A DNA stretch of 64,000 bases from an uncultured Gammaproteobacteria bacterium. GTDB taxonomy: Bacteria; Pseudomonadota; Gammaproteobacteria; UBA9214. The position numbers were made by a program, and so were the translations under genes. The notes under the pieces were generated by a model, which did no database searches, had not been told where the DNA came from, and was given only the letters and a program-made list of their open reading frames with translations. Shown here piece by piece: positions 27,398 to 37,096 of this stretch (position 1 is its first letter; each line of letters begins with the position of its first letter). The stretch is taken from assembly GCA_963748215.1 (NCBI GenBank), contig CAVVHS010000006.1, positions 96,001-160,000 on the forward strand, in the 5' to 3' direction.

Positions 27398-29305
27398 TCA
27401 ACCTGCCTGCTTGCGCAAGTCAGGGTAGAGGGGAGGCGCACCGGCAGCTTGCGGTTCGGGAGACGGTCGTGTCGCGGGCCTCAGCAGTCCCTCATCAAAG
27501 GCTTTCCATAGTGTTTGACCGTTCCAGCCTTGCCCGTTTGCACCGTACAGCGCGGCCTCCAGGGCGCGAATGTGTTCACCTCCCTGCGCGACGCGTCCAG
27601 CCAGTGCGCCCAGGCTGCGCGGCGGCCGATCCGGCCACGTGGCGGCGGCCCAGTCCAGCAGGGCGGCTGCTGCAGATTGCGGGTCGGACCTGGTGCAGGC
27701 ATCGCGCAGGGACTGACGGCTGTGCGCCAGGGCTTCTTTGTCGGTCGTGCGGGTCGGTTGCGGCGTATCGGTGACACTGTCCGGCGCGGACGGCTGTGGT
27801 TTCCGCTGCCTGCGCATGCGCGCGAACGCGGCTGCCAGTAACAGCGCAACTCCCAGTGCGCCACCCATTTGCCAGTACCGGCGATGGTCTGTGACGGTGC
27901 CCGCGGTGGTGGCGGGGGCGGGAGGTGGTGTCACGGTCGCGCTGGCGTTGTCTGGCTGCGCGGCCGCACTGGCTGGCACTGTGGCCGGGCCGCTCGCAGC
28001 AGTTGCCGAAGCGGTGCTGCCGGTGCCGGTCTCGACCATGACGTCCCAGGCGGGCAGTTCGCTGCTTTGCTGCCTGTTATTGATGCTGTCCCACCAGCTG
28101 ACCTGGACGGCGGGGAAGTGGAGCTTGCCCGGTTGCGAGGGGACATAGGTGAAGCGCTGTTCGCTGCGCCCGTAGACCCAGTCGCCGTCGGTGCGGTTGC
28201 TCAATTCGGGCTGTTCGGGGTAGGCCCGCAGTGTGTCGGATCCTTCCATTTGAATACTCGGCAGCTGGGAGGCCTCCAGACCCTTGGCCTCGAGCGTCAG
28301 GGTCCGGGTGACGGGTTCGCCCGCGCGAAACACCGGCGGGGCGCTGGCCCAGCTGTCCTGCAGGACCAGATTCTGCGTGGGCAGCCAGTGGGTGCCGTCA
28401 TAACCGTCGGGACGCGGCTTGATGTCGAGCGTGAGCGAGTTGCTCGCCAGGCGTACCCGTTTGCCGGGGTCGCCAAATGGCGTGCCCGCGAAAAACCGGT
28501 CATTGAAGCCACTCCGGCCCAGCATCTGCTCGATCATGCTGTCCATACGGCCAAAAGATGAACGCTGGCCCGTCTCTGATACCGCCCGTCCGCTGAACAC
28601 GGTCGGTGCAATGGTCAGCTGGCCGCTGTGTTCCGGAAAGATCGCATAACGGCGTTCCACGACCTGGTAACTCTGTCCATCGATGGTCGTGTTGTATTGC
28701 CTGTCTTCGCCCAGTTGTTCGACTACGGCATTCTCCGGTTTCGGATCGGTAAAACTGCCCTCGATCAGCGGGACACGGTAGTAAAGACGGGTGGTGTAGA
28801 GAATCTGCTGTTGCACCCAGGTGTCGCCCTGGGACGGACTGATCTCGGAACGAATGAAGACAGGCTGACCTGCCTGTGCTGTCGCGGCTGCCGGCTGCTC
28901 ACTGACCTGGAGTGTCAGTGCGGATGTTTTGCTGTTGCCGACGTTCAGCGCCGGTATCGTACGGGTGCCACTGGCAAGCGGCGCCAGTTCGACCAGCCAT
29001 TCGTGTTTGTCAGAGCGCTGGCCGTTGATAATCCGGATCTGGCTGCTGCTGCTGGTACCCAGCACCTCGAAGTCTTTCTGCAGCGGCGTCAGGTCGGGCT
29101 GTTTGCCTTCATCGTCCCCGGTCGTGGCGATACGCAGGGTGACGGTGTCGCCCGTGTAGATGGCATCACGATCCAGGGTGGCTGTGACCGCTGCATTGAG
29201 CAGCCCGGGCATGATCAACAGCAGGGAAAATACTGCCAAAAGGGATCGCAAGCGGCGAACCGGTCCCTGCTGATATGAATGCCGTGTTTGTGCTGTAGCG
29301 TTCAT
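27398..29305 (-). CDS. batD: BatD-family protein
   Basis: Signal peptide, Ig-like repeats, ERRYAIFP, GEPVTRTLTL, WWDS, C-terminal TM and PPLYP. Confidence 0.8.
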   Translation of the reverse strand: MNATAQTRHSYQQGPVRRLRSLLAVFSLLLIMPGLLNAAVTATLDRDAIYTGDTVTLRIATTGDDEGKQPDLTPLQKDFEVLGTSSSSQIRIINGQRSDKHEWLVELAPLASGTRTIPALNVGNSKTSALTLQVSEQPAAATAQAGQPVFIRSEISPSQGDTWVQQQILYTTRLYYRVPLIEGSFTDPKPENAVVEQLGEDRQYNTTIDGQSYQVVERRYAIFPEHSGQLTIAPTVFSGRAVSETGQRSSFGRMDSMIEQMLGRSGFNDRFFAGTPFGDPGKRVRLASNSLTLDIKPRPDGYDGTHWLPTQNLVLQDSWASAPPVFRAGEPVTRTLTLEAKGLEASQLPSIQMEGSDTLRAYPEQPELSNRTDGDWVYGRSEQRFTYVPSQPGKLHFPAVQVSWWDSINNRQQSSELPAWDVMVETGTGSTASATAASGPATVPASAAAQPDNASATVTPPPAPATTAGTVTDHRRYWQMGGALGVALLLAAAFARMRRQRKPQPSAPDSVTDTPQPTRTTDKEALAHSRQSLRDACTRSDPQSAAAALLDWAAATWPDRPPRSLGALAGRVAQGGEHIRALEAALYGANGQGWNGQTLWKAFDEGLLRPATRPSPEPQAAGAPPLYPDLRKQAG

Positions 29306-29329
29306 GCTGTTGACTCCTGTATTGAATAG

Positions 29330-31243
29330 TTACCAGTCCTGCTGCGCCGGGTCCTGTTGTGTGCCGCGCTGGCTGTACTGGTAGAGAAACTTTCTGCGTA
29401 ACAGTCCACCGGGATCGTCCGGGATGCGCCGCAGCCAGCGCTCGTCGGCCTGTTGCTGTTCGGCGTCGGCGGTATTCAATGGCTCAGCTGCGGCTGGTGA
29501 ACCGGTCTGTTGCTGTTGTGCCTGTTCGGTCTCGCGCGCCTGGGCGGATTGTCCTTCAGCGCCGTCCTGCCTTTCGGACTGTGCCTGGGCTTCATCCTGC
29601 TGCTGATTGTCCTGGTCCTGGTTGTCGCCGCCAGACGGGTTGCCGGCCTGCTGCTGATTGTCCTGGTCCTGGTTGTCGCCGCCAGACGGGTTGCCGGCCT
29701 GCTGCTGTTTGTCCTGGTTCTGGTTGTCGCCGCCAGACGGGTTGCCGGCCTGCTGCGGGTTGTCCTGGTCGTCGCCGCCAGACGGGTCACCGGCCTGCTG
29801 CTGTTTGTCCTGGTCCTGGTTGTCGCCGCTATTCTGCTTGTCAGCCTGTTGTTGCTGTTGCTGTTGCTGTTGCTGTTTCAGCAGCTTTTCCAGTTCCTGC
29901 CTGTTGTGGCTGGCATCGGCCAGGGTCGGGTTTTTGGCCAGCGCCTCGTCATAAGCGTCGATCGCGTCCTGGTAACGTCCCAGCTGTGCCAGCGCGTTGC
30001 CGCGATTGTAGTCACCTTGTGCAGTATCACTGGCAGCAAAGGACTTGAGTGCGTCTGCATAATCGCCAGCCCGGTAAGCGGCTTCGCCGCGGCGCAGGGG
30101 TTGCTCGGCCAGTTGCCGGGCGCGCTCGGCATCACCGGCCTTCAGTGCCTGGTCAGCCTGCTGATCGTGACGCAGCCACAGGTCATCCCAACCGGAGGCC
30201 ATGGCCGGTTGTGGCAGGTTACCGAGCGTGACCGCTATCAACAGCGGCAGCACCATCAACCAGCCACGGCGAAAGGCCAGTGCGGCCAGCGGCAACAGTG
30301 CCAGTACCAGCCACGGGCCTTCCGAGCGCCACAGGTCGGTGGCCTGTTCCGTGCCTTGCGGGCGTGAATCCAGGGCCTGTGACGACGCAGGTAGAACCTG
30401 GGCCAGGTCGGCATCATTGACGGTAATGGTGGTGTAGCGGCCACCGCCAGCGCTGGCCAGCTGCCGCAATTTCGCGACATCCAGCGCCGGCATTACAACC
30501 TGACCCTGACTATCGCGAACGAAGTTGCCCTGCTGGTCCGGTATCGGTGCGGGCCTGTCACTGCCCACGCCCAGTACCGAGAGGCGGTAACCCTGATGCA
30601 GCAAATCGGCAGCGGCATCCTGAGTGTGCGGGTCAGTATAGTCATCGGCAATCAGCAGAATATCACCCCGGTTCAGACCGGCTTGCTTGAGGAGTTCGCC
30701 GGCCTGGAGAATGCCCAGATCGGCTCGGCCGCCCTGGACCGGCATCAGGTTGGGGTTGAGCGGCGCGAGCAGGGACTGGATGGTGCGTGCATCATTGGTC
30801 AGTGGTGACACGGTGAAGGCGTCGCCTGCATAGACCACCAGCCCGGTTTGACCTTCCTTGCGCTGCTTCAGAATTTCCGCCACCTTGAAACGCGCGCGCT
30901 CCAGCCGCGAGGGCGTGAGATCGCTGCTCAGCATCGAGCGTGACAGATCCAGCACGACCACGACGGCATCCTGGCTGCGATAGACGGGTTGCGGTTGCTT
31001 CTGCCAGACCGGATCGGCTAGCGCGACCACGGCCATCAGCCAGCCAGCCGCGAGCAACCACAGGGGCAGATGACTGAGCGCCTGTACCGGTTTGTCGAGC
31101 AGATAGGGCAGGAGGTGGCGTTCGCAGGCCTGTTGCCAGTCGCTGCCAGCCGTGCCGGCGCGCGGCAGCCACCACAACAGCAGCGCCATGGGCAGCAGTG
31201 CCAGGAACCAGAGCGGTTGCAGGAAGTGAAACTGTTCAGGCAT
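29330..31243 (-). CDS. VWA + TPR protein (BatB/BatC-like fusion)
   Basis: FHFLQPLW, DLSRSM MIDAS motif, TPR YNRGNAL, Q-rich linker, WLRRIPDDPGGLLRRKF. Confidence 0.85.
   Translation of the reverse strand: MPEQFHFLQPLWFLALLPMALLLWWLPRAGTAGSDWQQACERHLLPYLLDKPVQALSHLPLWLLAAGWLMAVVALADPVWQKQPQPVYRSQDAVVVVLDLSRSMLSSDLTPSRLERARFKVAEILKQRKEGQTGLVVYAGDAFTVSPLTNDARTIQSLLAPLNPNLMPVQGGRADLGILQAGELLKQAGLNRGDILLIADDYTDPHTQDAAADLLHQGYRLSVLGVGSDRPAPIPDQQGNFVRDSQGQVVMPALDVAKLRQLASAGGGRYTTITVNDADLAQVLPASSQALDSRPQGTEQATDLWRSEGPWLVLALLPLAALAFRRGWLMVLPLLIAVTLGNLPQPAMASGWDDLWLRHDQQADQALKAGDAERARQLAEQPLRRGEAAYRAGDYADALKSFAASDTAQGDYNRGNALAQLGRYQDAIDAYDEALAKNPTLADASHNRQELEKLLKQQQQQQQQQQADKQNSGDNQDQDKQQQAGDPSGGDDQDNPQQAGNPSGGDNQNQDKQQQAGNPSGGDNQDQDNQQQAGNPSGGDNQDQDNQQQDEAQAQSERQDGAEGQSAQARETEQAQQQQTGSPAAAEPLNTADAEQQQADERWLRRIPDDPGGLLRRKFLYQYSQRGTQQDPAQQDW
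29597..29878 (-). repeat. Intragenic ~51-nt tandem repeats and poly-Q
   Basis: QQQAG(N/D)PSGGD(N/D)QD-type unit x4, preceded by a (CAG/CAA)n tract. Confidence 0.85.
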
Positions 31244-32249
31244 GGTGAACCTCGCGTGCGGGGAGACCTTGCAGCCCGGGTACATGCGTCAGTGCAATCA
31301 GCAAGACGATGAACATGGCAAAACCCAGTGGCCAGCGATAAAGCTCGGCAACCGGACGGAAGGTCTGCTGGTCTTCGCTGACCGGTTCGATGCTGTCGAG
31401 CAGGTGATAGATCTGTTGCAGTTCCTTGACGTCGCGCGCCCGGAAATAACGGCCGCCGGTCGCTTCGGCGACGGCCTTGAGCGTGCCTTCATCCAGTTCC
31501 GTGTTGGCGACACGCTGCCTGCCGAAAATACCCTGGACCACCATCTGGTCGGCACCCATGCCGATAGTGTAGATGCGGACCTGTTCACGGCTGGCGAGTT
31601 CTGCCGCCTTGAGGGGCGCGACTTCGCCGGCGGTGTTGTCGCCGTCGGTCAGCAGTACCAGTACGCGGTTTTCCTGCGGTTGATCGCGCAGACGCTTGAC
31701 CGCCAGGCCGATGGCATCACCGATGGCAGTGCGCTTGCCGGCCAGGCCGATGGCGGCTTCGTCGAGCTGCGTGCGGACGGTTTCCCTGTCGAAGGTCAGC
31801 GGGGTCTGCAGGTAGGCCTGATCGCCGAACAGAATCAGTCCCAGACGGTCACCCTTGCGATGATCGATGAAGTCACCGGCAACGGCCTTTACGGCGGTGA
31901 GTCGGGATACAACATGGCCACTGATAGTCATGTCCTCGGCTTCCATGCTGCCGGAAATATCCACGGCCAGCATCAGGTCCCGGCCGCTGACCGGAAGCTG
32001 CAGCGGCTCGCCGACGTGCTGGGGCCTGGCCGCGGCAATCACCAGCAGCACCCAGGCCAGGGTCGCCAGGACCAGGCGCAGGCGGTTGGGTGATGTTCGG
32101 GTCGGGGAGCCCGTGGCCGCCAGTGCGCCGTCGAACGGCAGTTTCAGGGCCGGTTCCTGTCGGGGAGTGGCGCGCGGCCATACCCGGGCAACGATAAACG
32201 GCAGGGGCAGGACAGCCAGGGCCCAGAGCCAGGCAAACTCGATAGTCAT
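31236..32249 (-). CDS. batA: VWA domain protein BatA
   Basis: DISGSM, GDRLGLILF, TAIGDA, LLTDG, TGGRYFRA. Confidence 0.88.
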   Translation of the reverse strand: MTIEFAWLWALAVLPLPFIVARVWPRATPRQEPALKLPFDGALAATGSPTRTSPNRLRLVLATLAWVLLVIAAARPQHVGEPLQLPVSGRDLMLAVDISGSMEAEDMTISGHVVSRLTAVKAVAGDFIDHRKGDRLGLILFGDQAYLQTPLTFDRETVRTQLDEAAIGLAGKRTAIGDAIGLAVKRLRDQPQENRVLVLLTDGDNTAGEVAPLKAAELASREQVRIYTIGMGADQMVVQGIFGRQRVANTELDEGTLKAVAEATGGRYFRARDVKELQQIYHLLDSIEPVSEDQQTFRPVAELYRWPLGFAMFIVLLIALTHVPGLQGLPAREVHHA

Positions 32250-32728
32250 GCGCATCTCCCCAGGTTTTGTGTTATCCACTGGCGCGCCAGGGTGATAAGG
32301 GCCTCGTTGTCGATGCCTGTCACGTTGTGCAGGGAGCGGTAGGGTGCGCTTGCCAGCACGTTGCCGGCGCCGTTGATGAAGGCGCCATTGCCACCGGTGC
32401 GGTCGAGAAACGCCAGCCAGGCATTGCCCGTGAGCGGGGCGACCTCGCGACGGTCAAAGCACATCAGCGCCACCCGGCGCAGCAGGGTGGAAACCCGCGT
32501 CGCTACCTGGGCCGGACTGTCTGTGGATAATGATTCCAGTTCACTCAGGATGCGCATACGGCGCCGGCGCCGGCGCCAGGCGGCGGTCAGGCGCCAGCCG
32601 CTGTATATCAGCGCACCGAGTATCAACGCCGCCAGCACCCACCAGCCCGGTGCGGGTGGCCAGAATTCCGGTGGCGGGGCGGCCATGATGTCGTGCAGGT
32701 CGATCCCTGCCAGCGGTGAGGGCGTCAT
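32246..32728 (-). CDS. DUF4381-like membrane protein
   Basis: LHDI..WPPAPGWW, LLRRVAL, LTGNAWLAFLD. Confidence 0.8.
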   Translation of the reverse strand: MTPSPLAGIDLHDIMAAPPPEFWPPAPGWWVLAALILGALIYSGWRLTAAWRRRRRRMRILSELESLSTDSPAQVATRVSTLLRRVALMCFDRREVAPLTGNAWLAFLDRTGGNGAFINGAGNVLASAPYRSLHNVTGIDNEALITLARQWITQNLGRCA

Positions 32729-33672
32729 GCGGCGTCCCGCTCCGCTGCCTTTGGCCGGGTCAGCTGCTGGCGCAGGCGCTGGCCGACGTCATCCGCCGTG
32801 CCGAGCTGAAGCAGCGGTACGGCGCACTGTTGCATCAGTTCACTGGCACGCTGGCGCCGTTCGGCGAAATGACGGGTCCAGGCATCGCGCTGTGCTGCGG
32901 AACGCGTGTCAAGTACGCCGCGCCGGTTTCCGGTCATCACCGGGTAGCGTCCGGGCGCGGGTGTCTGTAACTCGAGACGATCCAGGATCTGGCAGGCAAC
33001 GACGTCATTGTGCCTGCGCAACAGTTGCAGGTGACGTTTGCTGTCGCTGTCGAGGTGATAGAAATCGCTGAACATGAAGACCAGGCTGCCCGGGCGTGTC
33101 ACACGGTGCAGGCGCAGCAGTGCGGCGCTGAAACTGCCGGCGGCGTGCTGCAGATCAGTGCCGGCGTTGGCCGGGTCGGCAACGCTCATCAACTCGCGAA
33201 TCAGGTGCAAGGCGCCACGCTGGCCGCGTGTGGGGCGCAGTTCATGGTGCTGGCCGTTGTAAAGCAGTGCGCCGACGCGATCACCGTTCTGTACGGCTGC
33301 CCAGGCAACCAGCGCGGCCGCACGGGCAACGATAATGCTCTTGAAGGCACCCTCGGTGGCGAAGAACATCCCCGGTCCGAAATCGGCCAGGATGACCACG
33401 GGCCGTTCCCGTTCTTCCTGATAGACCTTGACATGGGCGCGTCCTGATCGTGCCGTGACCCGCCAGTCCATGTTGCGCACGTCGTCGCCGGACTGGTAGC
33501 TGCGTGACTCGGCATAGTCCATGCCGCGTCCGCGAAACGGCGAGCGATGATCGCCGGCGATTGCGCTTTGCACTGTCTGCCGCGGGTGCAGGGGCAGGTT
33601 GCCTGCCTGCAGACGCAGACCGATCAGTTCTTCACGGCTGGGCTGGACGCCGTTGGATAGTGGTTGTCTCAC
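32725..33672 (-). CDS. DUF58 protein
   Basis: GRGMDYAESRSYQSGDDVRNMDWRVTAR, EERER, SDF. Confidence 0.88.
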   Translation of the reverse strand: MRQPLSNGVQPSREELIGLRLQAGNLPLHPRQTVQSAIAGDHRSPFRGRGMDYAESRSYQSGDDVRNMDWRVTARSGRAHVKVYQEERERPVVILADFGPGMFFATEGAFKSIIVARAAALVAWAAVQNGDRVGALLYNGQHHELRPTRGQRGALHLIRELMSVADPANAGTDLQHAAGSFSAALLRLHRVTRPGSLVFMFSDFYHLDSDSKRHLQLLRRHNDVVACQILDRLELQTPAPGRYPVMTGNRRGVLDTRSAAQRDAWTRHFAERRQRASELMQQCAVPLLQLGTADDVGQRLRQQLTRPKAAERDAA

Positions 33673-34679
33673 GACACCGGCACCCGCTCGATGAGTTCAC
33701 TGATAATGCGGTCGGCATCGACCCCTTCCGCCTCGGCCTCGAAGGACACCAGGATGCGGTGGCGCAGGGTATCGTAGGCGACTGACTGCACATCGTCCGG
33801 TGACACATAATCGCGGCCCTGCAGCCAGGCCCGGGCACGTGCGCAGCGGTCGAGTGCAATGGTCCCGCGCGGGCTGGCGCCGTAACTGATCCAGCGCGCC
33901 AGGTCGTCGCTGTAGGCCTGGGGATTGCGGGACGCCAGCAGCAGCTGGACCAGATATTCCTCCACGGCGGGCGACATGTGCATGTCCAGGACCTGCCGTT
34001 GTGCATCGAAAATCTGCTGCTGGGTGACGACGGCAGTGTGTTTGGCGCTGGTCGTCGTGGCCTGCAGTGCGCGGCGGCGCGCCAGGGCCAGAATACGTTT
34101 TTCGGCATCGATCTGCGGGTAGCCAATGCGTATATGCATCAGAAAGCGGTCGAGTTGTGCTTCCGGGAGCGGGTAGGTGCCTTCGTGTTCAATCGGGTTC
34201 TGTGTGGCCATCACCAGGAACAGCCGGGGCAGACGGTACGTGGTCTGTCCGACGGTGATCTGGCGCTCACCCATCGCTTCCAGCAGTGCTGACTGCACCT
34301 TGGCCGGTGCGCGGTTGATTTCGTCGGCCAGCACCAGGTTGTGGAATATCGGCCCCTGCTGGAAGCTGAAACTGCTGTCCTGCGGGTGATACACATCGGT
34401 ACCGGTCAGGTCGCCGGGTAACAGGTCAGGCGTGAACTGCAGGCGGTGGAAATCGCCGTCTATGCGCGCGGCCAGTTCCTTGATGGCGGTGGTCTTTGCC
34501 AGCCCGGGTGCGCCTTCCACCAGCAGGTGGCCGTCGCCCAGCAGTGCGATCAACAGATGCTCGACCAGGGCCTCCTGCCCGATGATGCATTCTTCCAGTT
34601 CCATCCGCAGGCGCCTGAAAGCGGCCTGGGCGGTATGCGCCAGCGGTGATTCTGTTTGCGATGCCGTATCAGTGTTCAT
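33669..34679 (-). CDS. moxR: MoxR-family AAA+ ATPase
   Basis: GAPGLAKT, QFTPDLLP, DEINRAPAKVQSALLE, ATQNPIE, SPR. Confidence 0.95.
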   Translation of the reverse strand: MNTDTASQTESPLAHTAQAAFRRLRMELEECIIGQEALVEHLLIALLGDGHLLVEGAPGLAKTTAIKELAARIDGDFHRLQFTPDLLPGDLTGTDVYHPQDSSFSFQQGPIFHNLVLADEINRAPAKVQSALLEAMGERQITVGQTTYRLPRLFLVMATQNPIEHEGTYPLPEAQLDRFLMHIRIGYPQIDAEKRILALARRRALQATTTSAKHTAVVTQQQIFDAQRQVLDMHMSPAVEEYLVQLLLASRNPQAYSDDLARWISYGASPRGTIALDRCARARAWLQGRDYVSPDDVQSVAYDTLRHRILVSFEAEAEGVDADRIISELIERVPVS

Positions 34680-34828
34680 GCCTTTCCCTCGGTTGCTGTG
34701 TGAACAGACTGTCGAATGCTATGGCAGCAGGCTACTTGAAAAGTGCCACGGGATCAGGGGCACACAGGATTAAATCTTTGTAATGAAACGGCCCGTGAAG
34801 GGTGTGGCGTGGCTGTTTCTGCCGTTAC

Positions 34829-36202
34829 TCAGGCCGGGACGGCGGGCGGGAAGCGAATGCAGACACACAATCCTGGATGATTGTCCTGCAACCGGATGTC
34901 GAGGTGGTGCCGTTGCATGACCGCCTGTACCAGGCTCATGCCGAGACCGTTACCCGGCGTGGTACGGCTTTGCTCGAGTCTGAAAAAACGCTGGAAGACC
35001 TGTTCGCGCCGGGCTTCGGGGATGCCCGGGCCGCTGTCACACAGGCGCAGGCCGACAGCGTCGCCGTCTTTCTCCAGTGTCAGGCTGACGCTGCCGAAGG
35101 GCGGCGTGTACTTGATGGCATTGTCCAGCAGGTTGGCCAGCGCCTGGAACAGCAGGTCGCGGTCGCCCTGGAAGATCAGGCCGGTACCGATATTTGCGAC
35201 AAAACGGAGCTGCTTGTCCTCGGCCAGCGGTTCGTACAGTTCCATGACATCGTTGATCAGTACACCCATGTCGATCGGGGTGAAATCAGCAGCGTTTTCC
35301 TCGGATTCGATACGGGCGATGCGCAGCAGGGCGTTGAAGGTGTTCAGCAGCGCATCGGCTTCCTCGAGTGCCTGTTCCAGTGCCGGGCGGCGGGTGTCAC
35401 CGGCACCGCTGTCAAGCTGAAGTTCCTCGATGCGGTTGCGCAGGCGTGCCAGCGGCGTGCGCAGGTCATGGGCAATATTGTCCGAGACCCGGCGTACGCT
35501 TTCCATGAGCAGTTCGATCTGGTCGAGCATGTTGTTCAGGTTGTCTGCCAGCATGTCGAACTCGTCGCCGGTGTGACGGCTGGGTATGCGACGACTGAGA
35601 TCGCCGGACATGATGACACGGCTGGTCTGATTGATGGCTTCGATGCGGTGCAGCGTGCTGCGTCCCATCATGATGCTGCCCAGGCTGCCCAGTATCAGCA
35701 TGATGCCCGCGGCCCAGACCAGGCTCATGCTGATGCGGTGCCGGGTGATTTCCAGATCATGTATATCCCGTCCGACCAGCAGCAGGAAGCCCCCGGACAG
35801 TCGAAACAGGCGTGCGCGTGCGCGATGCGGCTGGGCATCGCTGGTGTCTTTCAGATCGAACTCCAGCCAGCCGGCGTGCATATCGGCGTTGACCGGCCAG
35901 CTGTCGATGTTGCCGACCAGGGGGGCCAGGCTCTGGTCGGTTAACAGATAGACCGAGGCACCTGCCGGGCGGCGTGAGAGGCGTTCACTGATTAATTGTG
36001 TCAGGCCGGCAAGCCCGTCATGCTGATATTGCTCCGTCAGGTCCAGAATCTCGATCTCGATCGTCTTGTCCGTCTGGGAAGAGATATAGCTGACGGTCGA
36101 CCAGTAGATGAAGCCCAGCAATACCAGGACCGAGCTGCCGAACAGCAGCATATAAACCAGCGCCAGCCGAAAGGTGGAGCTGTGTACAAACCGGGTATCC
36201 AT
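34829..36202 (-). CDS. Sensor histidine kinase (HAMP-HisKA-HATPase)
   Basis: IAHDLRTPL, NLLDNAIKY, DSGPGI, GLGMS. Confidence 0.93.
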   Translation of the reverse strand: MDTRFVHSSTFRLALVYMLLFGSSVLVLLGFIYWSTVSYISSQTDKTIEIEILDLTEQYQHDGLAGLTQLISERLSRRPAGASVYLLTDQSLAPLVGNIDSWPVNADMHAGWLEFDLKDTSDAQPHRARARLFRLSGGFLLLVGRDIHDLEITRHRISMSLVWAAGIMLILGSLGSIMMGRSTLHRIEAINQTSRVIMSGDLSRRIPSRHTGDEFDMLADNLNNMLDQIELLMESVRRVSDNIAHDLRTPLARLRNRIEELQLDSGAGDTRRPALEQALEEADALLNTFNALLRIARIESEENAADFTPIDMGVLINDVMELYEPLAEDKQLRFVANIGTGLIFQGDRDLLFQALANLLDNAIKYTPPFGSVSLTLEKDGDAVGLRLCDSGPGIPEARREQVFQRFFRLEQSRTTPGNGLGMSLVQAVMQRHHLDIRLQDNHPGLCVCIRFPPAVPA

Positions 36203-36879
36203 CAGGCGGGGGTTTTCAGGCAGTAGCCGGCACCGCGCACTGTGTGCAACATGGGCGTATCGAAATCCTTGTCGATCTTGCTGCGCAAGCGGCTGATGTG
36301 AACATCGATGACATTCGTCTGGGGATCGAAGTGGTAGTCCCAGACGTTCTCCAGCAGCATGGTGCGCGTGATCACCTGGTCGGCGTGACGCATCAAGTAC
36401 TCCAGCAGGCGAAACTCGCGCGGTAGCAGCTCGATAACCGTGCCATCGCGGGTGACAACACGGGACAACAGGTCAAGTTCCAGCGGACCGACGCCGAGCC
36501 TGGTGCTGCCGGCGTCATGGTCACTTCGGCGATTCAGGGCTTCCAGTCTCGCCAGCAGCTCGGCGAAGGCAAACGGCTTGATCAGATAGTCATCGGCGCC
36601 GGCACGCAACCCGTCAATCCGGTCATTGACGTCGGCCAGCGCACTGAGAATCAGCACCGGTACCTTGTTCTGGCTGGCGCGCAGTTTGCCGATCAGTGTC
36701 AGGCCATCCTGTTCCGGCAGCATGCGGTCTATAATCAGCACATCATAGGCTTGTAACTCGGCCAGCTGCTGGCCCTGCAGGCCATCGACCGCATGATCAA
36801 CCTGGTGACCGTGCCCGACCAGGTTCTTTAGTATATAGGCGGAGGTGTCGGTATCGTCTTCTACAACGAGGATGCGCAT
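36202..36879 (-). CDS. OmpR-family response regulator
   Basis: MRILVVEDD, IDRMLP, ADDYLIKPF, HTVRGAGY. Confidence 0.93.
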   Translation of the reverse strand: MRILVVEDDTDTSAYILKNLVGHGHQVDHAVDGLQGQQLAELQAYDVLIIDRMLPEQDGLTLIGKLRASQNKVPVLILSALADVNDRIDGLRAGADDYLIKPFAFAELLARLEALNRRSDHDAGSTRLGVGPLELDLLSRVVTRDGTVIELLPREFRLLEYLMRHADQVITRTMLLENVWDYHFDPQTNVIDVHISRLRSKIDKDFDTPMLHTVRGAGYCLKTPA

Positions 36880-37096
36880 AGCCTGTCTGACCATCACTGA
36901 TTTATTGCCCAGTATAAGCAACAATACGGATAGCGTAGTATGCCGCCTACCGGGAAAATCTGCGTGACGGCGGCCTGCCTGATAACGGGTGTCGTTTATG
37001 TCACCTTTCGGGCTCTCTCATTACATGAACCGGGATATCTATGTCATGGCCCACCCCGCCCCGTGATTTTGAATACAGCGGCAAGGGAAGCTCTGG

